From an uncultured bacterium (lineage in GTDB: Bacteria; Planctomycetota; UBA1135; GCA-002686595): a DNA stretch of 64,000 bases. The notes under the pieces were generated by a model. It was given only the letters and a program-made list of their open reading frames with translations, was not told where the DNA came from and ran no database searches. The position numbers and the translations under genes are program-made. Of this stretch, positions 1 through 9,939 are shown in pieces (the first letter of the stretch is position 1; each line of letters opens with the position of its first letter). The stretch lies in the NCBI GenBank assembly GCA_943787795.1, contig CALSNU010000005.1, forward strand, positions 128,001 through 192,000. The letters are read 5' to 3'.

Positions 1-169
1 GGAGGACGGCGTCGTGAAGCGCTTCCTGGCTGCCGGAGCGAGGGAGGGGGACTGGGACCTGGTCACCCGCCGGCCCGTCGAGGCCGCCCCAGAAGAGATT
101 CGGTCCAACCCACGTTCCCGATCCGCCAAGCTGCGGGTCGGCGAGCGCCCTTCCCAGCGCGAAGACTGA
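1..169 (+). CDS. rsmH: 16S rRNA m4C1402 methyltransferase RsmH/MraW, 3' end (partial)
   Basis: Frame from nt 2 reads EDGVVKRFL...[19 protein letters not shown], the typical RsmH C-terminal [10 protein letters not shown] motif; TGA at 167-169; canonical position at the head of a dcw cluster. Confidence 0.9.
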   Translation, partial: EDGVVKRFLAAGAREGDWDLVTRRPVEAAPEEIRSNPRSRSAKLRVGERPSQRED

Positions 170-171
170 GC

Positions 172-414
172 ATGATTCGAGCCGCCCTCTCTGTGTTTCT
201 CTGCGCCGCCGTCCTCGCCATCGGGGCCGCCACCGCCGGTGTCCAGGTTCAGAACTACGAGGACGCGGCCGAGCTCGACCGGCTGACCCAGGAGTCCGAA
301 TGGAACCTGCGCCGCAGCAGCGGGCTGAGAGTCGAGCTGGAACGATTTGAATTCGACCTCGCCGCAGAACACACTCGTCGCTCTGGATCGCTCACCGCAC
401 TGAGCCTCCGCTGA
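172..414 (+). CDS. FtsL-like small bitopic cell-division protein
   Basis: 80 aa, N-terminal hydrophobic helix then a coiled-coil-like segment; occupies the ftsL slot between rsmH and ftsI. Called by synteny and architecture only. Confidence 0.55.
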   Translation: MIRAALSVFLCAAVLAIGAATAGVQVQNYEDAAELDRLTQESEWNLRRSSGLRVELERFEFDLAAEHTRRSGSLTALSLR

Positions 415-514
415 TGTCGCCTGGCCCATCGCATCGCACGCGCTGGCCCAGGGGATTCCACCGCACCTGACACTAGGCCCAGTTCCCTGGAGGGGGAGCA
501 AGCTGCACCAACTG

Positions 515-3334
515 ATGGGGGGGCGTTCCACACGTCGGCCCGCCGGGAACCCTTTCGTTCCCGCCACGGCCGTGTATCCCGAAGCGGCGTCGGGCCTCCG
601 GCCCGCGGGCGTCTTCGTTCTCATCGGGATCGTCTTCGCGGCGGTGGTCGTGAGGGGCATCTACATCCAGGCGTTCGCCGAGGGTCGGCAGCCGGATGCT
701 CGACGCCAGACGGCGGCGCCCGCGCCGTCGTTCTCGATCGTCGATCGGCAGGGCGTGCCGCTCGCGCTCTCGGTCGAGACCTTCGACGTCACGATCTCAC
801 CGCGCTCCATGTGGCGGTCTCACACGCCGGAGCACATGGCGCGCAAGATCTCGGAGGCGCTGGCGCTCGACGGTCCGCAGTCCGGCACCGCTGGCGTCGG
901 TGGCCCGCTGCCCGGTCTCGCGGGCCCGAGCGTCGCAGCGATCCTCGAACGATCCATGCCCCCGGGCTTCTCCGAGGGGCGGCTCCCTGGCCGGGTGACG
1001 CCTGCGGATCCGGTCCTCCTGCGCTTCTCCACCGAGGATGCGCAGGCCGTGCGCCGCTACCTCTCGACCGGCGGGATCGGTGAGCGGGTCGGGCGGGCGC
1101 CCGTCCGCGGGCTCGACCTGGTGCCCGTCGACGACTCCCCCGGACACTCCCCCGGACACTCCGCCGCGGCAGCCCACGGGTCGGCGGCCTGGACGCTGGC
1201 CATGGAGCCGACGGTGCTGCTCGGGCCCGACGTGCGGCGCGAGCAGTTCGGGGTGACCGAGACCGCCGACGGCCGGGAGATCACGGCCAGCCCTGATCGC
1301 TGGACGCGGCGGCTGCTCGACGATCTCGTGGCCCTCGTCGGCCCGCAGCGGATCCTCGACGCCGTCGACGCCGACCGGCGGGCCGCCCTCGAGAAGGCCA
1401 CGTCGATCGAGCGGCGCGAGCTGCTGCGCGCAGAGGTCTGGGCGGAGCTCTTCCCGACCCGCTTCCGCGTCCTGGTGCGCGGGGTCGACCCGGTGCGCGG
1501 GCATCGGCTCCAGACCATCCTGCGTGACGAAGGGGTCTCCCCGTGGCAGGTCCAGCTCGTCTCGCGGGTCGAACGCCGCCACCCCACTCGACCGGGCGGC
1601 CGGCCAGCCGCTCCCGACGCTGAGCTCGCCATGCGGCAGCCCGAGGACGCCTTCGGACTCCTTGGGCACTGGGGGGTCCTGGACGAGGGGCGCGCGGACT
1701 TCTGGGCTCGCAAGGATCGCGCCGAGCGGCCTCACCTCCTCCCCTGGGACGAGGCCCCGGACCCGTTCGTCGCCTATCGTGACTCGCTGGTGGTGGAGCG
1801 CATGCCCTGGAGCGGCGTCGAGCGCGTGGCGCGGACCGAGATCGAGGACGGCCCGTGGTCCGAACTGGTCGACGGGGTTCGCGGCCGCACCTACACCTAC
1901 CGCAGTCGCGTCCTGGCGAGGGACCGTCGGCGCGCCTGGGAGGGGGGCGTCCCCGAGTATTTCCTCAGCGCCACGGAGGCGACCGAGGTGCCGGCGGTGG
2001 TCTCGACCCTCGACGCCCACCTCCAGGAGGTCGTGCACGCAGAGCTCGGGGCGCTCATGGAGGAGCACCTCCCCGCCATGGCGATGGCCATCGTGGTGGA
2101 CATCGAGAGCGGCGACGTGCTCGCCCTCGACAGCCGCTGCGAGTACGCCTACTCGGGCTTCGCGCCCCTCCTTCACGTCTTCACGCCGGGCTCCACCTTC
2201 AAGGCCGTGATCATGGCGCTGGCCCTCGACGCGGGGACCACCCGGCCTGATCGGACCTACGCGACCTTCGCCGGTGAGGGGGGGCTGCGGCTCCCTGGTC
2301 GCCGGATCCGAGAGGCAGAGGGAGCCCCCGAGGCGGACCGGATCACGGCGGCGGAGGGGCTCGCGTTCTCCTGCAACGCGGTCCTCGTTCAGGTCGCCCA
2401 CGAGATGGAGGCGGCGACCATCCGCGAGCGGCTCGTCGCGCTCGGCTACGACGCCGCCCCCGGGGCGGGCCTCGGCCCGGAGCGTGCGGGGCGCCTGACG
2501 CCGCTCCGCAAGGGCACCTGGAGCCGGAACCAGACGCACGCCTCCGTTGCCTTCGGGCACGAGGTCGGGGTCACCCTCTGGCAGCACGCGGCGGCGCTGG
2601 CGACGATGCTGCGCGGCGGGGAGCGTCGACCGCTTCGGTTGCTGCGTGGGATCGAGCTTGGAGGAGAGGCCTGGGACCTTGACGTGCCGGCGGGGGAGCG
2701 AGTGCTGAGCGAGCGCGCCTGTCGAGAGGTCCGGGAGATGATGGCCCTCGGCGCGGAGATCGGTACCGGGCGGCATATCGCGAACGCCGAGGCCAACCCC
2801 GAGTTCGACTGGATTGGAACCAAGACGGGGACCACGCAGAAGGTCGGCACCGAGCTGTGCGCCCACCTCGAGATGGAGGCCCTCGCAGAGTTCGCGCTCG
2901 ATGGCCGCCGGTGGACCTCGGCCGACCGCAAGGCGCTGTTTCAGCGGGCCGTTGACGACCACAAGACGTGCTACACGTCGTCGATCTGCGCCGCGGGGCG
3001 CGTGGTCACCGCCGACGGCCCGCGAGAGGTCATGGTGCTGGTGGTGGCGGACGAGCCGAGGGGCGGGGAGAAGTTCGGCTCGCGCGTCACCGGCGGTACG
3101 GCCCTCGCGATCCTCCGGCAGGCGCTCGATCTACCGCGGACCCACGAGGCGCCCGCTGGGGACGAGGCGCCGCTTCGAGCCGCCTCGAGCGGGCCGAAGT
3201 TCTTCCGGCGGGCCGGCCAGGGAGCGGCCTCGAGGGCCGAGGCGTTCGACGCCTCCTGGCTGGGCGAGGATCTGCCCTGGGCCGCGTTGCCGGAGGACGA
3301 GCCGACGGGTTCATCCGGGGAGGGGAGCCGATGA
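515..3334 (+). CDS. ftsI: Class B penicillin-binding protein (FtsI/PBP3-like transpeptidase), enlarged
   Basis: N-terminal TM, IVDRQG pedestal motif, STLD..LQ motif, SxxK (PGSTFK), SxN (SCN), KTG (TKTGT); upstream of murE. Confidence 0.85.
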   Translation: MGGRSTRRPAGNPFVPATAVYPEAASGLRPAGVFVLIGIVFAAVVVRGIYIQAFAEGRQPDARRQTAAPAPSFSIVDRQGVPLALSVETFDVTISPRSMWRSHTPEHMARKISEALALDGPQSGTAGVGGPLPGLAGPSVAAILERSMPPGFSEGRLPGRVTPADPVLLRFSTEDAQAVRRYLSTGGIGERVGRAPVRGLDLVPVDDSPGHSPGHSAAAAHGSAAWTLAMEPTVLLGPDVRREQFGVTETADGREITASPDRWTRRLLDDLVALVGPQRILDAVDADRRAALEKATSIERRELLRAEVWAELFPTRFRVLVRGVDPVRGHRLQTILRDEGVSPWQVQLVSRVERRHPTRPGGRPAAPDAELAMRQPEDAFGLLGHWGVLDEGRADFWARKDRAERPHLLPWDEAPDPFVAYRDSLVVERMPWSGVERVARTEIEDGPWSELVDGVRGRTYTYRSRVLARDRRRAWEGGVPEYFLSATEATEVPAVVSTLDAHLQEVVHAELGALMEEHLPAMAMAIVVDIESGDVLALDSRCEYAYSGFAPLLHVFTPGSTFKAVIMALALDAGTTRPDRTYATFAGEGGLRLPGRRIREAEGAPEADRITAAEGLAFSCNAVLVQVAHEMEAATIRERLVALGYDAAPGAGLGPERAGRLTPLRKGTWSRNQTHASVAFGHEVGVTLWQHAAALATMLRGGERRPLRLLRGIELGGEAWDLDVPAGERVLSERACREVREMMALGAEIGTGRHIANAEANPEFDWIGTKTGTTQKVGTELCAHLEMEALAEFALDGRRWTSADRKALFQRAVDDHKTCYTSSICAAGRVVTADGPREVMVLVVADEPRGGEKFGSRVTGGTALAILRQALDLPRTHEAPAGDEAPLRAASSGPKFFRRAGQGAASRAEAFDASWLGEDLPWAALPEDEPTGSSGEGSR

Positions 3335-4974
3335 GGCCGCGGTTCATCGACGAGCCGAGCCGCCCCGGTGGTGGAGCGCCGTCCTTCACCGCGCTGCTGT
3401 CCCGCTTCGGCGGCGTGGCGCTGGATGCGCGGTCGGGGGAGACCCTGTTGCCGGGCGATCTCCGCCTCGAGCAGACGCCCCGGGACGTCCACCAGGACTC
3501 CCGGCGGGTGGGGCCCGGTGACATCTTCGCGGGGCTGCCCGGGAGCCGCGTGAACGGGGCCCGCTTCGTCCCCGACGTCCTGGGACGCGGGGCGCTCGCT
3601 GCGCTCGTGCCGGAAGACGCCCAGCTCGACGACCTCGCCGACGTCCGGGTTCCCAGCGGGGGCGGCATCCTCTGGCGTCATCCGCAGGCGACAGAGCTGG
3701 TCGGTGCCCTCTCGACCCGGGTCCACGGACGCCCGGACGTGACCCTGGATCTCGTGGGGATCACCGGCACCAACGGCAAGACCTCGGTCGCGCACCTCGC
3801 CGGCGAGGTGCTCACGCGCGCAGGACGCCGGCCGGCGGTGCTCGGCACGGCGGGTCATCGCATCGCGGGTCCCGAGGGCACGGTCGAGCTGCCCGCCAGC
3901 CATACGACGCCAGAGGTCACCGAGCTGGTGCGCCTCCTCGCCCGTCACCAGAGCGCCGGCGGTGACAGCTGCCTCATGGAGGTGAGCTCTCACGCGCTGG
4001 TGCAGGGGCGGGTTCACGGGTTGGAGCTGAAGGTCGGCGCGTTCACCAACCTCACCCGGGAGCACCTCGACTACCACGGCTCCATGGCGGACTACGGGCG
4101 CGCGAAGGCGCGCCTCTGGGATCACGTCCGCTCCGGAGGGACGGCGGTGATCGCCGGGGACGGCGACGGCGCCCGTCGCATGCTCACGGCGGCGGCGGCC
4201 CGCGGACTGAAGACCCTCGAGGTCGCCATCGAGCGAGACGCGGACATCGTGGCGCGGGACCTCGAGCGCTTCGCCGGGGGGACCAGGTGCACCGTGCACG
4301 GGCTCCTTCCCGAGCCGGCGCGGATCACGCTGCCGTTGCCCGGTGAGCACAACGTCCAGAACGCCCTCGTGGCGGCGGGCATCGCCTCGTCGCTGGGCTG
4401 CGCGCCGTCGGCGATTGTCGCGGCGCTCTCACAGGTGACCGCGCCCCCCGGTCGGCTCGAGCCGGTGCGGCTCCCGTCGGGGCTCCGCGGCGCCCCCTTC
4501 GAGGTCTTCGTGGACTTCGCCCACAGCCCGGACGCCCTCGAGCGGGTCCTCGCGTCCCTGCGGGCGCGGATGGATGGAGACTCGAGCGGGACGGGACGCC
4601 TCCTCTGCGTGTTCGGGTGCGGTGGCGATCGAGATCAGGGCAAGCGCCACCCCATGGGGCGCGCTGCAGGGCGTCTGGCGGACGTGGTGTTCGTGACGAG
4701 TGACAACCCGCGCTCCGAGGACCCCGCCCGCATCGCGCGGGCGGTGGCCGAGGGCGTCGAGGCCGAGCGCGGCGCGGCGCCCGAGGTGGAGCTTGATCGG
4801 CGCCGGGCCATCACCGCTGCCCTCTCCATGGCGGGCGCGGGTGACGTGGTCCTCATCGCGGGGAAGGGGCACGAGACGACCCAGACGGTCGGCGATGAGG
4901 CCGTGCCCTTCGACGACCGGACCGTCGCCGCAGAGATCCTCGATGAGCTCGCTCGGCGGAGGTGCGCCTCGTGA
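3331..4974 (+). CDS. murE: UDP-N-acetylmuramoyl-L-alanyl-D-glutamate--2,6-diaminopimelate ligase
   Basis: ATG overlapping the ftsI stop; GITGTNGKTS, HTTP, MEVSSH, FTNLTREHLDYH, DFAH, GCGGDRD, SDNPR (DNPR indicates meso-DAP specificity), AGKGHE. Confidence 0.95.
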   Translation: MRPRFIDEPSRPGGGAPSFTALLSRFGGVALDARSGETLLPGDLRLEQTPRDVHQDSRRVGPGDIFAGLPGSRVNGARFVPDVLGRGALAALVPEDAQLDDLADVRVPSGGGILWRHPQATELVGALSTRVHGRPDVTLDLVGITGTNGKTSVAHLAGEVLTRAGRRPAVLGTAGHRIAGPEGTVELPASHTTPEVTELVRLLARHQSAGGDSCLMEVSSHALVQGRVHGLELKVGAFTNLTREHLDYHGSMADYGRAKARLWDHVRSGGTAVIAGDGDGARRMLTAAAARGLKTLEVAIERDADIVARDLERFAGGTRCTVHGLLPEPARITLPLPGEHNVQNALVAAGIASSLGCAPSAIVAALSQVTAPPGRLEPVRLPSGLRGAPFEVFVDFAHSPDALERVLASLRARMDGDSSGTGRLLCVFGCGGDRDQGKRHPMGRAAGRLADVVFVTSDNPRSEDPARIARAVAEGVEAERGAAPEVELDRRRAITAALSMAGAGDVVLIAGKGHETTQTVGDEAVPFDDRTVAAEILDELARRRCAS

Positions 4975-6503
4975 TCCCCGTCCGCCTGAAGGAGCTCCAC
5001 GCAGCGAGCGGGGTGCTCTGGTCCGCCGGAGCAGCCGGAGCAGCCGGTGCCGCGGGCGCCGGTGGACGCCTCATCAGCGGGGTCACGACGGACTCCCGCG
5101 GTGACGTGGGCGGCAAGCTCTTCCTCGGGATCCCCGGGCCGCGCTTCGATGGCGCTCGCTTCGCGGCGGATGCCGTGAGCCGTGGCGCCGCTGCCGTTCT
5201 GGTGGAGGACGGTCCGGGCGTTCGAGCCTCCCTCGCGGAGCTCGCTGCGGGGACCGGGGTCTCCGTCGCCACCTGCGCCGACGCGGTGTCGGCGCTTGGC
5301 GCCATGGCCGCCGCGGTGCGGGCCCGCGCCTCGGCCAAGGTGATCGGGATCACGGGGTCATGCGGGAAGACCTCGACGAAGGAGATCCTGGCCACGCTGC
5401 TGGGCGCGACCGCGGAGACCTGCGCGAGCAGGGCGTCCTTCAACAACCACATCGGCGTGCCGCTCACCCTCCTCGAGGTCACGCCGAGCGCCGAGGCGCT
5501 CATCGTCGAGATCGGGACCAATCACCCCGGTGAGATCGGGCCCCTCGCGGCGCTCGCTCGTCCGGAGATCGCCATCGTCACCAACGTGGGCCACTCGCAC
5601 CTCGCCGGGCTGGGCAGCCTGGCCGGCGTCGCGGAGGAGAAGGGCGCGCTGGTGGCGTCCCTCACCGACGGAGGCGTGGCGATCTTGAACGCGGACTGCC
5701 CGAGCACCCCGGCCCTCCAGTCGCGGGCGGCGGCGGGGGTCCGAGTGGTGACCTTCTCCGCCGCAGGTACGCCGGGGGCGGACCTGCGCGCTCTGGACCT
5801 CGAGGTCCACCCTGGGGGCACCCGCTTCGTCCTCGAGGGGAACGCGGTCCCGGGTGGGGAGCGGGGGCGCACGGTCACCGTTCCGCTGCTGGGCGAGCAT
5901 GCTGTGGCGAACGTCCTGGCCGCGCTCGCCGCGGTCATCGCCGCCGGGGCGGACCTTGGAGGCAGCCTCGGAGCGATCGATCAACTGAGGCCCGCGCCGC
6001 ACCGGCTCGAGCCGAGCACGGCGAACGGGGTGATGATCATCGACGACGCCTACAACGCGAACCCCGAGTCCGTCGCGGCGGCGACCCGGCTCCTCGCGAG
6101 GGTCCGCCCCGCCGCGGCCGAAGGCCGCCGCTGGTTGGCCCTCGGCGAGATGGGAGAGCTCGGCGCTGATTCGCTGTCGCTCCATCGAGAGGCGGGCGAG
6201 CTCGTGGCGCGCGAGGCCATCGATCGTCTCCTCGTGGTGGGGGAGGCCGCGCCCGGCGGGCCCCTGGCCGCCGCCCTCGAGGGCGCCCGCGCCGCGGGCG
6301 TCGACGCGGAGCATGCGAGCTCCATCGAGGTCGGTGTCCGGCGCCTCACGGACCATGACGACGGGCTCTTGCCGGGCGACGTGTTGCTGGTCAAGGCCAG
6401 CCGCGCCGCCGGGCTCGAGGCCCTTGCCCTCCAGGTCCGCGCGTCCCTCGACGCGGGGCCCCGCTCCACCGTCGACGGGCGCAGCGTGGAGGTCCTGACT
6501 TGA
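4971..6503 (+). CDS. murF: UDP-N-acetylmuramoyl-tripeptide--D-alanyl-D-alanine ligase
   Basis: GTG overlapping the murE stop; GITGSCGKTSTKE, SFNNHIGVPLTL, EIGTNHPGEI, DDAYNANPES, GEMGELG, VKASR. Confidence 0.95.
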   Translation: MIPVRLKELHAASGVLWSAGAAGAAGAAGAGGRLISGVTTDSRGDVGGKLFLGIPGPRFDGARFAADAVSRGAAAVLVEDGPGVRASLAELAAGTGVSVATCADAVSALGAMAAAVRARASAKVIGITGSCGKTSTKEILATLLGATAETCASRASFNNHIGVPLTLLEVTPSAEALIVEIGTNHPGEIGPLAALARPEIAIVTNVGHSHLAGLGSLAGVAEEKGALVASLTDGGVAILNADCPSTPALQSRAAAGVRVVTFSAAGTPGADLRALDLEVHPGGTRFVLEGNAVPGGERGRTVTVPLLGEHAVANVLAALAAVIAAGADLGGSLGAIDQLRPAPHRLEPSTANGVMIIDDAYNANPESVAAATRLLARVRPAAAEGRRWLALGEMGELGADSLSLHREAGELVAREAIDRLLVVGEAAPGGPLAAALEGARAAGVDAEHASSIEVGVRRLTDHDDGLLPGDVLLVKASRAAGLEALALQVRASLDAGPRSTVDGRSVEVLT

Positions 6504-7636
6504 TCTTCGAGTTCTTCCCGTCCTTGATCGACGCCAACTCGATCTCCTTTCGGGCGGTCATGGCGGCGACGACGGCCATGGTCCTGACGCTGGTCCTGGG
6601 GTCCCCGACGATCGCCTGGCTGCGCCGGCATCGGGTGGGAGAGAACACGTCGAAGACGGACTCTGCCGAGCTGGCGCGGCTCGCGGATGAGTCGGGCAAG
6701 AACGCCACCACGACCATGGGGGGGAGCTTCCTGATCGTCTCCCTCGTGCTGAGCGTCCTGGTGTGGTGCGACCTCGGCAACCTCCAGGTCGTGCTGGGCC
6801 TCGTGCTCGTGGTCGGGCTCGCCGCCGTCGGCTTCGTGGACGACTACCTCAAGCTGGCCGTGGAGGGCTCGAAGGGCCTGTCCGTCAAGGCGAAGCTCGG
6901 CGGCCAGACGATCGCGATCCTCTTCGTCGTCGGAGCCTTCGCGTACTACGCCCACGACTCCGGGCGGTACTCGTTGCTCGCGATCTACCCGCCCTTCTTC
7001 AAGGACATGGTCCTCCCGCTGGGGGAGTCGCTGCTCGGCACGGTCGCCTTCATCGGCTTCGGCTGGTTCGTCATCACCGGAGCCTCCAACGCGACCAACA
7101 TCACCGACGGCATGGACGGCCTCCTGGCCGGCTGCGTGGTCCTCTCCGGGACCGCCTTGGCGGTGTTCTGCTACGTCACTGGCCGCCTGGACTGGACCCT
7201 CTACCTGGACCTGCCGTACATCCCCGAGGCCGCCGAGATGACCGTGGTCGGCGCGGCGCTCGTGGGATCCTGCCTCGGCTTCCTCTGGTTCAACGCCTAC
7301 CCAGCGGACGTGTTCATGGGGGACTCGGGGTCCCTCCCGATCGGCGGGCTCATGGCGTGGATGGCGGTGGTCGCGAAGCAGGAGGTGGTCCTCCCGTTGC
7401 TGGGCTTCGTGTTCCTCGCGGAGCTGGTCTCGAGCGGGCTGCAGCGCACGTGGTTCCGGCTCTCCGGCGGCAAGCGGCTGTTCACGATGGCGCCGATCCA
7501 CCACGGCCTCCAGACCAAGGGCGGCATCTTTCGGCCCGGGGCGCGCCCGTGGCACGAGGTGAAGATCGTGACCCGGGCCTGGATCATCGCCGCCATCTGC
7601 GCCATGGCCAGCCTCGCACTCATGAAGGTGCGCTGA
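6500..7636 (+). CDS. mraY: Phospho-N-acetylmuramoyl-pentapeptide transferase
   Basis: Polytopic; TMGG, GFVDDYLK, SNATNITDGMDGL, FLWFNAYPADVFMGDSGS, MAPIHH motifs; TTG start overlapping the murF stop. Confidence 0.95.
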   Translation: MIFEFFPSLIDANSISFRAVMAATTAMVLTLVLGSPTIAWLRRHRVGENTSKTDSAELARLADESGKNATTTMGGSFLIVSLVLSVLVWCDLGNLQVVLGLVLVVGLAAVGFVDDYLKLAVEGSKGLSVKAKLGGQTIAILFVVGAFAYYAHDSGRYSLLAIYPPFFKDMVLPLGESLLGTVAFIGFGWFVITGASNATNITDGMDGLLAGCVVLSGTALAVFCYVTGRLDWTLYLDLPYIPEAAEMTVVGAALVGSCLGFLWFNAYPADVFMGDSGSLPIGGLMAWMAVVAKQEVVLPLLGFVFLAELVSSGLQRTWFRLSGGKRLFTMAPIHHGLQTKGGIFRPGARPWHEVKIVTRAWIIAAICAMASLALMKVR

Positions 7637-8823
7637 TGTCCACGGTCGCTCGTCTTCGATCCCGGCGAGGAGGCTCGCCCTTCTCGCGCCTGGAGTCACT
7701 GGTCCCCGACGGGGAGGGGATCCATCCCGCGGGACCGCGGAACGCTCTGTTCTTCACGACGCTCGCCCTCCTGGCGTTCGGGATGCTCATCCAGCTCTCT
7801 CACGCGTCCACCACGCTGCCCGCCGCGGAGTTCTCCAGCGCCATGGGCGAGCAGCTGATGTTCCGCCTCGCGGGCGTCGGGCTTCTCCTCACGGGCATGT
7901 TCATCGGCCCGCGTGGCATCGAGCGGCTGATCCCTGCGGCGACCGTCCTCTGTACGCTGGCGCTGGTGCTCGTCTTCGTTCCAGGGTTCGAGCAGCCGAT
8001 CAACGGCGCCCACCGTTGGCTTCGAATCTTCGGCCACGGACCCTCTATCCAGCCCTCGGAGGTCGCTCGCGTGGTGTTCGTCCTGTGGGTTGCGCGGCGC
8101 TGCGCAATGCTCGACGGGGACCTACGGAGTCTGCGGCACGGGTTCATCCCGACGCTGTTCATGGGGCTCCTCGCCGGCGGACTGATCTTCCGTGAGCCGG
8201 ACCTGGGGGGCGCCCTCTTGTTCCTGTTGTGCTTCGGACTGACCCTGTTCGTAGGGGGCGCCCGCAAGCAGCACGTGGCCATCGTTGCGGCCGTGGGCGT
8301 CGGGCTGATGCTCGTGGCCCTGAGCACCTTCTCGCACGTCTCGGAGCGCTTCGCGGTCTGGACGGGCGGCTCGACCAACGCCCAGGTCACTCGGGCCAGC
8401 GAGGCCATGGCCTCGGGCGGCATCAGCGGCGTCGGGTTCGGCCAGGGCGGCTTCCGCAACGCGGGTCTCCAGTACACCCAGACCGACTACGCGCTCTCGC
8501 TCGTCGGGCAGGAGTTCGGCATCCCCGGGCTCCTGCTCGTGGTGGGGCTCTTCGCGGCCTTCGTCTGGTTCTCCCTGAAACTCGTCCTCTCGGTGCGTGA
8601 CCGCTTCGCGGCGCTCGCTGCCTTCGGGCTCACCCTGTCCGTGGCCCTCCAGGCCATGGTCCACCTTCAAGTGGTCACACAGCTCGCGCCGCCCAAGGGG
8701 ATGGCGCTCCCGTTCCTCTCGGACGGCGGAAGCTCCCTCCTCGCGTCCTGCCTCGCGGCAGGGCTCGCCCTGGGGGCCGCGCGTCCGCGCGATCTCGGCC
8801 CCACTCCTCGTACCGCACCCTGA
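7636..8823 (+). CDS. ftsW: SEDS-family peptidoglycan glycosyltransferase FtsW
   Basis: ATG at 7636 overlapping the mraY stop; NGAHRW, IQPSE, EPDLG, TDYALSLVGQEFG, PPKGMALPFLSDGGSS motifs. Confidence 0.9.
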   Translation: MSTVARLRSRRGGSPFSRLESLVPDGEGIHPAGPRNALFFTTLALLAFGMLIQLSHASTTLPAAEFSSAMGEQLMFRLAGVGLLLTGMFIGPRGIERLIPAATVLCTLALVLVFVPGFEQPINGAHRWLRIFGHGPSIQPSEVARVVFVLWVARRCAMLDGDLRSLRHGFIPTLFMGLLAGGLIFREPDLGGALLFLLCFGLTLFVGGARKQHVAIVAAVGVGLMLVALSTFSHVSERFAVWTGGSTNAQVTRASEAMASGGISGVGFGQGGFRNAGLQYTQTDYALSLVGQEFGIPGLLLVVGLFAAFVWFSLKLVLSVRDRFAALAAFGLTLSVALQAMVHLQVVTQLAPPKGMALPFLSDGGSSLLASCLAAGLALGAARPRDLGPTPRTAP

Positions 8824-8826
8824 CTC

Positions 8827-9939
8827 ATGCAGCCCATCGAACGATACGCCCTCGTCACCTTGCTCTTCCTGATCGTCCTCATCGTTGTGGGGGCCCTCTG
8901 GGATGACGGCGAGGTCGACGCGGCCGCGAGGCCCGACCAGCAGGTCGCCCGCGTGGAGCAAGCGGATCGCGGTTCGGCCCGCGGCGCGCGGGAGAGGGGG
9001 CGGAGCCAGGCCCTGCCGCTCAACATGCGGGAGCCGGCGGCGGAGGTGTCCCGTCAGCGAACCGCCACGCCGCAGCGCCAGGGGGCCGCCCCGGCGGGGA
9101 CCCCGAGCCGCCCCGTTCAGCCGATCAACACCACGGCGCGACCCGGCGGGTCTCAGCCCGCTCCGGCGTACATCGCGCCGTCGTCCGGCGCCTCGAGCCG
9201 TCCTGCGGCTCCCTCTGCCGAGGACCTCGACGGCTCCTTGCGCCCAGTACCCACCGGCGACGTCGCGCGGGGCCCGGCGAGTTGGGAGCGCGCGTCCAGG
9301 GCTCGGGAGAACCCGGTCCGTCCGAGCCGAACGGGGCGAGCGCAGGACTCGCGAGCACGGAGCGGGGCGGTCGAGGACACGACGCCCAAGACTCGTCCCT
9401 ACATCATCAAGGGTGGAGACAGCCTGGGGCGGATTGCCAAGCGAGAGCTTGGAGACGCTGGCGCTGTGGATCGGATCGCATCCTTGAATGGGATCGCCAA
9501 GCCTTACACGATCTACGCGGGGCGCACGCTCCTGCTGCCCGTCGGTGACGGCGGCGCCGCGACCCACTCCTCCGCACAGACCTCCCCCGCACAGACCTCC
9601 CCCGCACAGATCTCTCCCGCCCTGGACGCCCCCGCACGGGTGTCTCCCGCGGCGGGCGGTCGACCGATCTACACCGTTCGTGTGGGCGACTCCTCCCTGA
9701 GCGTCGTCCTCGAGCGTCGGTTCGGTACCTACAAGCGCTCCCTTCCCCTCGTGAAGACCTTGAACCCTGGCCTCAACCCCAACCAGATCCGGGTGGGGAT
9801 GCAGATCGTCCTGCCCCGGGCAGATGAGATCCCTGGGGGGGTGAGCGTCGCCTCGGCGTCCACTCCTTCGACCTCCAGGTCCTCCACCGGCGCCGCGAGC
9901 GCCGCCGTCACGCCCCGCAGGGAGTTCACCGTTCGATGA
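8827..9939 (+). CDS. Membrane-anchored protein with long low-complexity linker and two LysM domains
   Basis: N-terminal TM helix, Ala/Pro/Arg/Ser-rich linker, LysM-like YIIKGGDSLGRIA...IYAGRTLLLP and YTVRVGDSSLS...NQIRVGMQIVLP. Confidence 0.85.
   Translation: MQPIERYALVTLLFLIVLIVVGALWDDGEVDAAARPDQQVARVEQADRGSARGARERGRSQALPLNMREPAAEVSRQRTATPQRQGAAPAGTPSRPVQPINTTARPGGSQPAPAYIAPSSGASSRPAAPSAEDLDGSLRPVPTGDVARGPASWERASRARENPVRPSRTGRAQDSRARSGAVEDTTPKTRPYIIKGGDSLGRIAKRELGDAGAVDRIASLNGIAKPYTIYAGRTLLLPVGDGGAATHSSAQTSPAQTSPAQISPALDAPARVSPAAGGRPIYTVRVGDSSLSVVLERRFGTYKRSLPLVKTLNPGLNPNQIRVGMQIVLPRADEIPGGVSVASASTPSTSRSSTGAASAAVTPRREFTVR

Noticed and set aside
412..417. ftsL TGA followed by TGT (possible UC motif)
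   Set aside because: No hairpin at SECIS distance, and the extension would run out of frame into ftsI.
8821..8829. ftsW TGA in frame with the LysM gene (possible read-through fusion)
   Set aside because: No SECIS-like hairpin downstream; FtsW is complete; the same frame is expected by chance one time in three.
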